Of a stretch of DNA of 32,000 nt, positions 17,726 through 27,735 are shown piece after piece. Origin of the DNA: Candidatus Arthromitus sp. SFB-rat-Yit (lineage in GTDB: Bacteria; Bacillota; Clostridia; Clostridiales; Clostridiaceae); assembly GCF_000283555.1 (NCBI RefSeq), contig NC_016012.1:1200001-1232000 (forward strand), given 5' to 3'. Below the pieces are notes generated by a model. The model did not search any database and was not told the DNA's origin. It saw only the letters and a program-made list of their open reading frames with translations. How positions within the stretch are numbered: position 1 is the first letter of the stretch; each line of letters starts with the position of its first letter. The translations under genes and the position numbers were made by a program.

Positions 17726-19591
17726 TTAGTACAAATAATCTAAAGTAGGTATTTCTTCGCTTAAAATTTCTCCAGTTGTACTATCATAAATAGCTTTGAG
17801 CTTAAAATAATTCTCACGTATTATAAACGCCTCATACTCACTGTAAGAATTATCTAATCCCTCATAAGCTGCTTCAATATTTGAAAATGCTCTCTGTATA
17901 TTTTTCTCTATATTTGTATAATAAGCTCCTGCATTATTTAAATTTAAAATATCTTCTGGATTAAGCTCATAAGCTCTTCTTATACTATCTATACCAGGAC
18001 CTTCTTCTCCCATATTCAAAAGAAGCAATCCATATGTTCTAACATAAATAGAATCCTCTTTTAGAGCTATCGCTTCCATTAATTTTTGTTTAGCCTCTTC
18101 ATACTTTTTCAAATCTATATAAATTTTGGCTGCTTGATATCTAAGCCCAGACTCATATATAGAAATTTTATTTGAAAATTTAAGTATTTTAAGTGCACTT
18201 TCTATATCATTAAACTCATTTGTATATTTAAGTACAAAAATTTTATCAATATAAGTATTTAATATATCTAGTGATTTCATTTTACAATAAAAGTAATTCA
18301 TATTTACAATTTTTTTCTGTCCAATAAGTACATTAAGTAATACCTTATAACTTAAAGCAAAATCACCATTTAATTTAATGCTCTGAGTTATTTCATTTAA
18401 AGATTCATTATAGTTCTCAAGCTCTAAGTTATGCTTTGCCAAAATATAATGAACATAAAAATTCTTATCTTTTATACTCCTTAATTCATTTAAAATGACG
18501 TTGGCTTCATCTAATCTATTTGCGTTTGTAAGTATCTCGAGTCTTATCCCATTTGATAGCATATTTGTATTATATTTTTTCGAAAACTCATAAACATCTT
18601 CAAGATTTAATTGAGTCCTATACACATCTTCTATATGTATAATAGCACGAATAAATCGTATCTCTGGAGTTTCTCCAAAAGATTCTATAAAATAATTCAC
18701 AGCATTATTTGCATTATTTATATCATAATACTTGATCATATCTACAATAGATAAAACATTTATATTTTCAGGATCAATTTCAAATATCTTAACTAAAGCA
18801 TTTAAAGTATTATCAAATCTATTAAATATAACACTTAGCTTACCATAACTAATCACATCATCTATATCTAAGACATTTGATAAATCTATCCCATTATAAA
18901 TATATAGAGCATTCTCTGTATTACCTGTTAAAAGATTATATACTATCTCCTTTTCTTTAAACCTTACCTCATGTCCTAAATTCTGGGCATTTTTATCTAA
19001 AATTTCTCTTGCTTCTTCTAGGTTTTCATATAAAAATAAACTATCTAAGAACTTGTACACATTTTTTTTATACTCATCTTGATTTCTTGCAATAACACTT
19101 TGAGATAACTTATTTTTTATTAAGGAAAGCTCTTCTTTTACCTGTGAAACATTATTGATAGAAGCAAGCATCGTTACAAGTTCTAAATGACTTTCCATAG
19201 AAATTGATGAATCATTTCTATATGCACTTATAAGTTTTTGAAAATCTCCACGTATTATATAATCCAAAGAATTATTTATTATCTCTTCCTCTTCTTTCTT
19301 ACCCTCTATCTTATTTACCAAAAGTTCTATATTATTGTCAATAATACTATACGTTCCTGTAACGCTATAACTCACTACTAAAAACACTATACAACATGAA
19401 ACAACAACCATGCGTTTAAAAAATTTATTTGATGGAAGTACTTTATAATTTTTGCGTATATCCTTCTCTCTCAAATAATTAATTATCTCATAAGGTGACA
19501 TGCCCGTGAAGTCTACTTTCTTCTTTTTTCTCTTAACTATCTTATCTAAGCGTTCAAAGTAAACTTCCCTACCTTTCAAATTTTTCTTCAT
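17726..19591 (-). CDS. Membrane-anchored TPR-repeat protein
   Basis: 621 aa. A basic N-terminus (KRKKKKVDF) and one TM helix (MVVVSCCIVFLVVSYSV) are followed by a long helical repeat region. TPR-like units include YQAAKIYIDLKKYEEAKQKLMEAIALKEDS and RRAYELNPEDILNLNNAGAYY. Confidence 0.75.
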   Translation of the reverse strand: MKKNLKGREVYFERLDKIVKRKKKKVDFTGMSPYEIINYLREKDIRKNYKVLPSNKFFKRMVVVSCCIVFLVVSYSVTGTYSIIDNNIELLVNKIEGKKEEEEIINNSLDYIIRGDFQKLISAYRNDSSISMESHLELVTMLASINNVSQVKEELSLIKNKLSQSVIARNQDEYKKNVYKFLDSLFLYENLEEAREILDKNAQNLGHEVRFKEKEIVYNLLTGNTENALYIYNGIDLSNVLDIDDVISYGKLSVIFNRFDNTLNALVKIFEIDPENINVLSIVDMIKYYDINNANNAVNYFIESFGETPEIRFIRAIIHIEDVYRTQLNLEDVYEFSKKYNTNMLSNGIRLEILTNANRLDEANVILNELRSIKDKNFYVHYILAKHNLELENYNESLNEITQSIKLNGDFALSYKVLLNVLIGQKKIVNMNYFYCKMKSLDILNTYIDKIFVLKYTNEFNDIESALKILKFSNKISIYESGLRYQAAKIYIDLKKYEEAKQKLMEAIALKEDSIYVRTYGLLLLNMGEEGPGIDSIRRAYELNPEDILNLNNAGAYYTNIEKNIQRAFSNIEAAYEGLDNSYSEYEAFIIRENYFKLKAIYDSTTGEILSEEIPTLDYLY

Positions 19592-19673
19592 AATTTAAAA
19601 AACCTCATTCAACTACATTTTTATTACTTAGTTTGATAATACTAAATAAAAACTAATTACAAGGGGACTTAAA

Positions 19674-20573
19674 ATGAAATTTTTAATAAAATCATTACTT
19701 ATCATCACGTTTTTAACAGGATTTTATCTTTGTACATACGAAAATATTTTTTCCGAGTCCATACATCTTTTAACATTTTATTCTCAAAACTTTAAAGATT
19801 ATATAAGTAACATTCTACTACAAAATAAAAATATTAACAACACACTAGAGGAAACAAATACAAAATCACTATTAAACGAATACTTCATAACAATCTTTAA
19901 TGAATGTCATATGAATGATAATTTTAAAGAAAACATCAATTCTTCAAACTTTAAAATTTTAAACCTAAATAATGAAAAGGTTTCAAATATAGACAATATT
20001 TCAAATTTTTCTGGAAAAAACTTTTGCGTTTTAAATTCCCCTGAGGATTATGAAAATATTGAAAATTTTAAGATAAACAATCAAACTTATAAGCTATTTA
20101 ATTACGATAATTATTCAATTTCCTATATTAATCCAAAACTTTTAACAAATAAAGACTTATTAGATCTCTACAAATATTTAAGCGTATTTGAAAAAAATTT
20201 TTATACATCTGTTATCTTCTTAAATAAAAATGATGCAAAAGAAAAACTCATCTCTCAAATATTAAATAAATATAGAATAATTATAACTCTTGGAGATGAA
20301 TTTGTAGTTAAAGATTTTAAAAACTTTCCATTAATAACGCTCGGCAAATTAAACGATGTAAATCTCTTATATCAGATAAACCTCTTTATTTCGGATTATG
20401 CTATTAAAAAAATAAAAATAAAATTATTTCCAACAAACGAGCACGGAATAACTCTTTCCCATGAAAAAATACAAGAAGTTTTAAATAATTTAATAGAAAA
20501 TTCTGAATTAAAATTCCATATGAGCGAAAATGGTGACTATATTTATAGTGAATATGATATACTTAAGAAATAA
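19674..20573 (+). CDS. Hypothetical N-terminally anchored or secreted protein; first gene of the murT-gatD operon
   Basis: 299 aa. RBS AGGGGA. Hydrophobic N-terminus MKFLIKSLLIITFLTGFYL. I recognise no family. A 29-nt gap separates it from murT. Confidence 0.55.
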   Translation: MKFLIKSLLIITFLTGFYLCTYENIFSESIHLLTFYSQNFKDYISNILLQNKNINNTLEETNTKSLLNEYFITIFNECHMNDNFKENINSSNFKILNLNNEKVSNIDNISNFSGKNFCVLNSPEDYENIENFKINNQTYKLFNYDNYSISYINPKLLTNKDLLDLYKYLSVFEKNFYTSVIFLNKNDAKEKLISQILNKYRIIITLGDEFVVKDFKNFPLITLGKLNDVNLLYQINLFISDYAIKKIKIKLFPTNEHGITLSHEKIQEVLNNLIENSELKFHMSENGDYIYSEYDILKK

Positions 20574-20602
20574 TTAATAAAAATTTTAGAGGTTAGAGTA
20601 AA

Positions 20603-21943
20603 ATGAAAAAAATACTATCAATTATAATAACAAAAATAGCTATTATAATTTTAAAATTAATGAAAAAAGGAAGCTCATTCCCCGGCAAAATCGCTCTAAA
20701 AATTTGTCCAGATATATTAAAACACGTATCTAAAAATGTAGATACAATTTTAATCACAGGAACAAATGGAAAAACAACAACAACTGCTCTAACAAATCAC
20801 ATATTTAACAATGCATTTATTAATTGTTTTTCAAATTCTACAGGGGCAAATATGTTACCTGGAATAGTCTCAACTTACATAAAAAACTATAGTTTATTTA
20901 ATAAAAAAATTTCCAAGACAGCCTTAATAGAAGTAGACGAAGCAAGTTTAAAACACATATGCAAATTCATAGAACCAAAAATAATTGCTGTTACAAATAT
21001 TTTTCGGGATCAACTAGATCGTTATGGTGAAGTATATACAACTCTAAACCATATAAAAGAAGGAATAAAGTTATGCAATAACTCAAAACTCATATTAAAT
21101 GGAGATGAACCTCTTTTATGTTCTCTTAAAAAAGTATATAACAGCAAATATTATTTTGGATTTGATAATTATAAAGACACTTCACATGACAAAAATTTAA
21201 ACGTGGAGGCTATCAACTGTAAGTTTTGCGGATCACCATATGAATATAAATTTGTAACTTATAATCATTTAGGAGATTTTAAATGTAGTAAATGTGATTT
21301 TAAAAGAGAGCAACTTGATTTTTCTATTGCAGATGTTTTAGAAAGCAATATAAATGAAAGCATTATAAAAATCAAGAATAATATACTCACAATAAACCAA
21401 GGAGGAATTTACAATATATATAACACTCTTTGTGCGTATGCAATAAGTTCTGTTTGTAGCATACCTGATTATATTATTGTCGATTCCATAAAGACATTCT
21501 CAAATGTATTCGGTCGTCAAGAAACTTTCAAGATTAAAAATAAAAACATAACTATGTTTCTTGTAAAAAATCCTGCAGGATTCAACGAAACATTAAACAC
21601 TATAAATTTAGATAAACAAAATGAATTATCCCTTGGATTTTTGTTAAATGATAACTTCGCAGATGGTCAAGATATATCTTGGATATATGATGTAGACATC
21701 GAGATGATAAACGATTTTAAATTAAAAGATGTGTTTACAGGTGGAATTCGAACGCATGACATGGCACTTAGGCTAAAACTTGGAGAAGTTCAAAACATAA
21801 ATGTATTTGAAAAGTATGAAGAAATTTTGGAAAACTTAGAAAGCAAAGAAAACGAAACCATTTATATTCTTTGTAGTTATACTTGTATGCTTGAGTTTAG
21901 AAGATTTTTGTATGGAAAAAAGTACATAAATTCAATTTGGTAA
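20603..21943 (+). CDS. murT: Lipid II isoglutaminyl synthase, Mur-ligase-like subunit MurT
   Basis: 446 aa. Mur-ligase P-loop ITGTNGKTTTTAL, the MurT-specific Cys4 ribbon (CKFCGSPY...CSKCDF) and a DUF1727-like C-terminus are present. gatD follows immediately. Confidence 0.88.
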   Translation: MKKILSIIITKIAIIILKLMKKGSSFPGKIALKICPDILKHVSKNVDTILITGTNGKTTTTALTNHIFNNAFINCFSNSTGANMLPGIVSTYIKNYSLFNKKISKTALIEVDEASLKHICKFIEPKIIAVTNIFRDQLDRYGEVYTTLNHIKEGIKLCNNSKLILNGDEPLLCSLKKVYNSKYYFGFDNYKDTSHDKNLNVEAINCKFCGSPYEYKFVTYNHLGDFKCSKCDFKREQLDFSIADVLESNINESIIKIKNNILTINQGGIYNIYNTLCAYAISSVCSIPDYIIVDSIKTFSNVFGRQETFKIKNKNITMFLVKNPAGFNETLNTINLDKQNELSLGFLLNDNFADGQDISWIYDVDIEMINDFKLKDVFTGGIRTHDMALRLKLGEVQNINVFEKYEEILENLESKENETIYILCSYTCMLEFRRFLYGKKYINSIW

Positions 21944-21960
21944 ATTAGGAGAGTTTTAAT

Positions 21961-22686
21961 ATGGAAATAACAATACATCATTTCTACCCCAATTTATTAA
22001 ATACATATGGTGATATTGGAAATATCTTAGCCTTAAAGAAAAGATGTAAAGATAGAAATATAGATGTTAATATAAATAACATCAAAATAGGAGATGATAT
22101 TTCTTTAAATATCGGAGATATAGTATTTATTGGTGGTGGACAAGATTTTGAACAATCTCTCGTTGTAGATGATTTATTATCGAAAAAGGAAATATTGAAA
22201 AATTTTATAGAAGATAATGGATGCGTGCTTGCTATATGCGGTGGGTATCAACTTCTTGGAAAGAGTTATACAACTCAAAATGGAGATATCATAGAAGGAC
22301 TTGATATATTAAATATTTACACAGTTGCCTCTGAAGTTCGCAAAACAGGTAATATCATAATAAAAAACGAGGAAACTGGGGAAACTTATGTAGGATTTGA
22401 GAATCATTCAGGAAACACATATATAAATGATCACACCCCACTTGGAAAATGCTTAATTGGTTTTGGAAACAATGGAGAAGATTCCTATGAAGGAGTTACA
22501 TATAAAAATACAATATGTACATATATGCACGGTCCACTTCTTCCAAAAAATAGAGAACTAACAGATAGATTAATATCAAATTGTTTAAAATTAAAATATG
22601 AAGATTTCATAGAACTAGATGACATTGACTCTACATATGAAGATAATTGCAAAAATTCTTTATTAAATAGATTTGACATAAAATAA
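21961..22686 (+). CDS. gatD: Lipid II isoglutaminyl synthase, glutamine amidotransferase subunit GatD
   Basis: 241 aa CobQ/CobB-type GATase with nucleophile motif LAICGGYQLLG and a downstream YMHGP histidine. It starts 17 nt after murT. Confidence 0.88.
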   Translation: MEITIHHFYPNLLNTYGDIGNILALKKRCKDRNIDVNINNIKIGDDISLNIGDIVFIGGGQDFEQSLVVDDLLSKKEILKNFIEDNGCVLAICGGYQLLGKSYTTQNGDIIEGLDILNIYTVASEVRKTGNIIIKNEETGETYVGFENHSGNTYINDHTPLGKCLIGFGNNGEDSYEGVTYKNTICTYMHGPLLPKNRELTDRLISNCLKLKYEDFIELDDIDSTYEDNCKNSLLNRFDIK

Positions 22687-22725
22687 TTTAAACTTAAAAA
22701 TTTTAATATATTTGGAGTAATTTTC

Positions 22726-23973
22726 ATGAGAAGACTTAAGAGGAAATTTTTTATATTTATATTTACTATTTTTACAACAATTTTATATACAACAAATATT
22801 TCTCTAGCTACAACGCCCTATACTTACAAAATAACGCTCGAAGAAGATATACAGTTTGTACACGAAACAATAATAGACTACGATGGTAATGGAAACAATC
22901 AAGAAATAAATTACATCGAATTTGACTTAAACAACAAAAACATTTCATTATCACTTATTAAAGCAAATAACTTAACGGCATCAAAGGAAACTTTATTAAA
23001 CCAATTAAATGCTTCTGAAAGTATAACAGGTAAAAACATAATAGGAGGGATCAACGGAGATTTTTTTCAAATTTCAAATGGTCAACCACTTTTTACAACA
23101 ATATCAAATGGTGAAATATTCTCTATAACAGGCGATCCTTCTGATTATTTAAAAAGACCTGTATTTTATATAGACAAATCTGGTAACTACGATTTTGATT
23201 ATTTATATATAAATGGAACGCTTAAATTTCCAAAAAGTTCGTTTAAAAATTTAACTATAGACTCTATAAACAGGCTTGATTCATACAAACATACGAACAT
23301 ATCAAATTACAAAATTAATGAAGAGTCAACATACTACCCACATGAAGGCATACCTTCTAGATATATGTTAATAGAGCTTTTTAACAGTGATGGAAGTATC
23401 ATTGCTGGAACAACAATATATGGAAAAGTAATTGATGTGGGGGAAATGAATGAACCTAAAGAAATTAGAAAGAATGAAATTTTAATTACTTCCTATGGGG
23501 ATGATAATTATTATGATATAAATTACACATTTTTAAATGAAATTGTTTCCTTAAATTTTGATATTTACTCTACTAATCAAGGTAAATTTAAAAATGATAT
23601 TGTAAGTGCCTTCACGGGACACGAATATTTAATATTATCCGGAGAAGAAATGAACATTAATTATTATAAAACCCTAGGTGATACGGCTTTTATTTCAGGG
23701 CGTCACGCAAGGACAGCTTTAGGCATAACAGATGATAATAAACTAATATTATTTACAGTTGACAAATCAAATAATAGTGCAGGCATGACACTTTCTGAGC
23801 TAGCAAGATATTTAAAATATCTTCACGTAACTTCTGCGATAAACTTAGATGGTGGAGGATCAACCTCAATAGTACTTGAAAATAATACATATGATTTAAA
23901 CTTAATGAACGATCAAACAAAATATCAAAGAGAAATAACAGATGGAATTGGAATAATAATAAATAAGGCGTAG
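22726..23973 (+). CDS. Secreted phosphodiester glycosidase family protein (NAGPA/DUF2233-like)
   Basis: 415 aa. Signal peptide FIFIFTIFTTILYTTNISLA. C-terminal RTALGITDDNKLILFTVD ... AINLDGGGSTSIV is typical of the uncovering-enzyme-like domain. Confidence 0.8.
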   Translation: MRRLKRKFFIFIFTIFTTILYTTNISLATTPYTYKITLEEDIQFVHETIIDYDGNGNNQEINYIEFDLNNKNISLSLIKANNLTASKETLLNQLNASESITGKNIIGGINGDFFQISNGQPLFTTISNGEIFSITGDPSDYLKRPVFYIDKSGNYDFDYLYINGTLKFPKSSFKNLTIDSINRLDSYKHTNISNYKINEESTYYPHEGIPSRYMLIELFNSDGSIIAGTTIYGKVIDVGEMNEPKEIRKNEILITSYGDDNYYDINYTFLNEIVSLNFDIYSTNQGKFKNDIVSAFTGHEYLILSGEEMNINYYKTLGDTAFISGRHARTALGITDDNKLILFTVDKSNNSAGMTLSELARYLKYLHVTSAINLDGGGSTSIVLENNTYDLNLMNDQTKYQREITDGIGIIINKA

Positions 23974-24000
23974 ATTTAATATCTACGCCTTTTATTATTT
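23965..24000. terminator. Bidirectional terminator between the murT operon and the convergent P2 gene
   Basis: AAGGCGTAGAT (23965-23975), loop ttaat, ATCTACGCCTT (23981-23991), then a T-rich run. An A-rich run precedes it. Confidence 0.75.
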
Positions 24001-24039
24001 TCGGTAAATCACATGTGTTAGATAAACTTTTTCAAAATT

Positions 24040-27000
24040 CTACCATTCAAAATTTATTTTTTGAGCTAAATTTTTAAGTTCAGTTTCATTAACCATTCTA
24101 TCAGCTATAGCTTGAAGAGTTGCAGTAGCTGATCCATAAACTGCTAATAATTTTTTATATTCTTCAACCCAGAATGCTTTTCCTTGAGTATCAGAATCTC
24201 TATTAACTATAGCATTATATAATGCTTCTACTTTAGTTTCAGCAGTTGTATATATTTTCTCAAATTCTCTCTCATTTATCATATTCAACAAGAATGCTCT
24301 TAGAGAAACTCTCTTATTGCTTAAGTTGTCTAAATGGAACATATATCCATTTTCATCAGCTGGCCTATTAAATACTACATTATAAACGTTAGCTAAATAG
24401 CTTTGTCCTTCATTTGTAGCGTTAATTTTTACATTTTTAAGGAATAAAGTTCTAGTTCTGTTATTTCTATCATTGTAATTAATACTTATCTCAACGTAAT
24501 CTTTTCCTGGAACTAGTCCATCAACAACTACTCTTCCATTCTCAAATCTAACTTTAACATTTGAGTATTGGTCATTAGTTTCAGTTACAGTTTTACCATC
24601 TTTATCTTTATATTTAAATCCAGCAATTGAAGGATTTGAATTGCTTTCGTGATGGTAAGTTCCTGAAGGTAGAGTCACACTTATTGAATTTGAACCTGTA
24701 GTTGAGTTAGTTCCTGTTACATTTACTGTAGTAGAAGAAGTTGATGAAGAACTACCTGAAGAACCGCCAGATATTGTTCCACTATTTGATGAAGTTGGCT
24801 TAGTTGTAACTGTTAAAACATTAGATTCAATCGTATCATTATTTAGTGGATCATTTGTTTCATTATAAGTATAAACTGCTACAAATTCATACTTTGTATT
24901 AGCCTTTAATCCAGAAACAACCTTAGTTATTACACCATCTTTTATATCTTGTGGAATAGCTAAATCAAGTTCTTTATATGGATTATTAGTTCCAGCTTCC
25001 CTATAACTAATATAAGCTGCTTTTACACCAGTTGTAGCATTTCCAAAGAAATCAGCATCAATTTCTAAAGTAACTGAAGATGATGTTGTACCATATTCAT
25101 CAATGTATATTGTTATAGGCTGATTGCTTACAATTACTCCAGCACTATAAGTTCCTTGATATTTTCCTGTACCCACAACATTATTAATTGCATGACTTCC
25201 CTCTTTAAATTGATCAAAAGTAACTCTATCACTAGTAATAGTATCTACAGTAACTTTACCACCAGTAGGCACAGTAGTTCCAAAACTTGCATCAACTTTA
25301 AACTGATCAGTTATATTTTCCATTCCTTGGTTTGTAGCCTTAACACTTGTTAAATTAACTGATTCAACAGCTCCGCCAGTCAAATCTACTTCTCCTGTCG
25401 CAGTTTTATCTCCTATTTTAAGAGTCCAATCAGCATCATTATTATTTGGAACTTGTCCATTAAACTGAACATCGAACACTAAATCTTTACCATTACTCTT
25501 TGTACTATTAACTGTAGCCTTACCACCATCAACTGTTAACAATGCTTTAGTATAATCTGCTGAACCAACAAATTTAGTCAACAACTCAGTACCACCAGGT
25601 ATTGTAATTTGTCCTTCAGAAGAACTAGTCTTAACAAAGCTAGCTTGTACAGCAGCACCATCAATCTTATCAGTTGAAATTATTAATGATGTTTTAACAG
25701 TACTTGCTAATCCTGGAGTAAACTCTGATTTTACCTGAGTTGCACCAGCGTCTAATGATTGATTTCCACTTTCAACTTTTGCTTTATCATCAGTATCATT
25801 ATACTCAAATATAACTGGTATAGCTTGATATCCATGTTTAAAACTATCTACATTTAATTTAACTTGAGCATTTACATCTATCCCAATAAAGTCCGTTTTT
25901 CCATTTTGGATATCTACATAAGCATAAGTAGTAGTACCACCACCTGGAACACTAGTTGTTGCTGCAACTGTTACCCCACTAAATGCATCAAAATATACTG
26001 CACTACCATGTCCATCTATATTAAACGAATGTTTACCTATCAACGCAGTAGCACTCGTAGTAGCATTACCCCCTGCTTGAGGAGCTACAAATCCATAACT
26101 TGCCTCAGGTGTAGGAACAAAATTATCTTCAAGAGCTGTAGCATCATTAGCCAGTTTTGCAGATTCTACAGTAACTGTAACCTCTTTACCTGTTGTAGGA
26201 TCTATCTTTAATTTTGCTCCCCCAACTTTAGCTGTGTTACCTGTAGTTTCTTCCATAACTGTTTGTACATACGTCAACAATGGAGCACTTCCAAGTTGTA
26301 TTCCATAACTAGACTTATCTTTTTCATGAGTTGGAAGCGTTGGTGCAGTGGCTTCACCAAAATCAGTTTTTATAGTATCTGCTAAAGTTCCCATATTAGT
26401 TGAATCATTAGTAGCAGTAACTCCTTTAATTGAAGAATTTTGATCTTCAAATAAAATAATATCTGAAGTTAAAGTATACTGACCGTTTCCATAAGTAACA
26501 TCTACTTTTATTGTATCATTTAAATCCAAGTTTCCGTTTTTACCTAACTTTAATAAGCTTACTGTATAATTTCCAGTAGTAGTATCTTTAGTAAGATCAA
26601 ATCCTTTTGTCGCATCTGTTCCTATATAAGCAGTAACTTTCTCTGGATTAAAAGTAGTAATATCTTTTGAGCCATTATTAAATTTAAGATTCTTCACTAC
26701 AAGCTGTCCTGTAGTTATATCAGTATCAAAACTTATAGTATCGCTTGGTTTCTTAACTAAACTTAAAGTATACTTTTCTGTACTATTATCTTTATAAGTT
26801 ACAGTAACATCTCCAGTATAAATTCCTGGGTCAGTCATTCCACTTACAGTTAATTTTTTTGTAGTACTATCCCAAGCTCCAGTAGCACCATTTCCGTTAG
26901 TCTCGATATTTACTCTTTCATCAAAAATTTTATGAGCAAATGTACCAGCGTCAATCTTATTTACATTATTAAAATCTAAATTCTTAAACGTAACTTCTGC

Positions 27001-27201
27001 GTTACCATTTGTAGTAACCTCAACAGATGTTTCTAAGTATTTTATTTGCAAAGCATCTAACTTAGCTGCTAAATCTGCACTCAATCTTGAATCTTGAGCG
27101 TGTGCTATTACTGCTTGTCTACCTACTGTTCCAACAGTAACCATTAAAGAATTTATTCCAAGTGCTGCTGCTAAAGCAAGCGCTACTCTTTTTTTATTCA
27201 T
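24040..27201 (-). CDS. Large secreted surface protein, paralog 2 (P2): candidate major S-layer protein with C-terminal beta domain plus two DUF4214-like repeats
   Basis: Start set to ATG 27199-27201 (GGAGG at 27214-27218). This gives MNKKRVALALAAALGINSLMVTVGTVGRQAVIAHA-QD, 1053 aa. Rich in Thr/Gly/Val/Ala/Asn/Asp/Lys, with zero Cys. FN3-like unit (VSGLKANTKYEFVAVYTY). S/T/G linker. No LPXTG. Confidence 0.9.
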   Translation of the reverse strand: MNKKRVALALAAALGINSLMVTVGTVGRQAVIAHAQDSRLSADLAAKLDALQIKYLETSVEVTTNGNAEVTFKNLDFNNVNKIDAGTFAHKIFDERVNIETNGNGATGAWDSTTKKLTVSGMTDPGIYTGDVTVTYKDNSTEKYTLSLVKKPSDTISFDTDITTGQLVVKNLKFNNGSKDITTFNPEKVTAYIGTDATKGFDLTKDTTTGNYTVSLLKLGKNGNLDLNDTIKVDVTYGNGQYTLTSDIILFEDQNSSIKGVTATNDSTNMGTLADTIKTDFGEATAPTLPTHEKDKSSYGIQLGSAPLLTYVQTVMEETTGNTAKVGGAKLKIDPTTGKEVTVTVESAKLANDATALEDNFVPTPEASYGFVAPQAGGNATTSATALIGKHSFNIDGHGSAVYFDAFSGVTVAATTSVPGGGTTTYAYVDIQNGKTDFIGIDVNAQVKLNVDSFKHGYQAIPVIFEYNDTDDKAKVESGNQSLDAGATQVKSEFTPGLASTVKTSLIISTDKIDGAAVQASFVKTSSSEGQITIPGGTELLTKFVGSADYTKALLTVDGGKATVNSTKSNGKDLVFDVQFNGQVPNNNDADWTLKIGDKTATGEVDLTGGAVESVNLTSVKATNQGMENITDQFKVDASFGTTVPTGGKVTVDTITSDRVTFDQFKEGSHAINNVVGTGKYQGTYSAGVIVSNQPITIYIDEYGTTSSSVTLEIDADFFGNATTGVKAAYISYREAGTNNPYKELDLAIPQDIKDGVITKVVSGLKANTKYEFVAVYTYNETNDPLNNDTIESNVLTVTTKPTSSNSGTISGGSSGSSSSTSSTTVNVTGTNSTTGSNSISVTLPSGTYHHESNSNPSIAGFKYKDKDGKTVTETNDQYSNVKVRFENGRVVVDGLVPGKDYVEISINYNDRNNRTRTLFLKNVKINATNEGQSYLANVYNVVFNRPADENGYMFHLDNLSNKRVSLRAFLLNMINEREFEKIYTTAETKVEALYNAIVNRDSDTQGKAFWVEEYKKLLAVYGSATATLQAIADRMVNETELKNLAQKINFEW
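24043..24408 (-). other. C-terminal tandem DUF4214-like repeats of P2
   Basis: SYLANVYNVVFNRPADENGYMFHLDNLSNKRVSLRAFLLNMINEREFEK, then VEALYNAIVNRDSDTQGKAFWVEEYKKLL...LQAIADRMVNETELKNLAQKINFEW. This aligns with the P1 and P3 tails. Confidence 0.6.
24670..24807 (-). other. Ser/Thr/Gly-rich low-complexity linker in P2
   Basis: Residues TTKPTSSNSGTISGGSSGSSSSTSSTTVNVTGTNSTTGSNSISVTLP lie between the FN3-like unit and the conserved C-terminal cassette. Confidence 0.8.
26452..27060 (-). repeat. Two tandem ~100-aa N-terminal modules in P2 (protein-level duplication)
   Basis: AEVTFKNLDFNNVNKIDA...GDVTVTYKDNSTEKYTLSL versus GQLVVKNLKFNNGSKDIT...IKVDVTYGNGQYTLTSDI. The same motif order appears in both. 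Aligned by eye only. Confidence 0.45.
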
Positions 27202-27660
27202 ATTATTTTTTTGCCTCCATTTTTTATTTGAAATCAATATTTTCTTATTCTTATGTAAATATTAACTATGCAAGTTGTTCCATAGAAGTTCCAAATCCTT
27301 TTTACAAATCATCTTCATACTTCCAAATCCCCAACTAAAAGTTATATTTTATCATCTATCTACTCATTTGTTAGACTCTGTTTTATCAAAATAATTATAA
27401 AAACCTATTTTTTCGCTTGATTATCAATTTTAATAGTTTAACATTGTTTATTGCTTGTCCATTTACTAAACCTAGCAATGATACACTACCATGTCGAAAT
27501 TCATTAAAATATCTTGAAAACAAAACTAAATAACTAAAATTTCCTATTATTAAAATAATATTTTTTTCGGTTTTATGTCAAACTTTCCAGTAAAAAGATA
27601 AAACTTCTCCTCAAAAATTTTATCTGCATTGTTATACAATATAAACTTAGAGAATTCTTT

Positions 27661-27675
27661 CTACATGTTCCCTCC
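27661..27675 (-). promoter_or_regulatory. Orphan Shine-Dalgarno plus start-stop (GGAGGGAACATGTAG) in the P2 upstream region
   Basis: Minus strand: GGAGGG (27670-27675), aac, ATG (27664-27666), TAG (27661-27663). The element sits in the loop region of an imperfect hairpin formed by AATTCTTT (27653-27660) and AAAGAATT (27691-27698). Confidence 0.3.
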
Positions 27676-27735
27676 AATTAACTCAAACATAAAGAATTGC
27701 ATTAATTTTTATAAAATAATAACAATTACATTACA

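Noticed and set aside
27289-27330. 10-nt direct repeat TTCCAAATCC (27289-27298 and 27321-27330) about 90-130 nt upstream of the P2 ATG
   Set aside because: One repeated 10-mer within ~730 bp of compositionally biased DNA is not clearly beyond chance expectation. I cannot compute significance here, and I recognise no flanking conservation or known motif.
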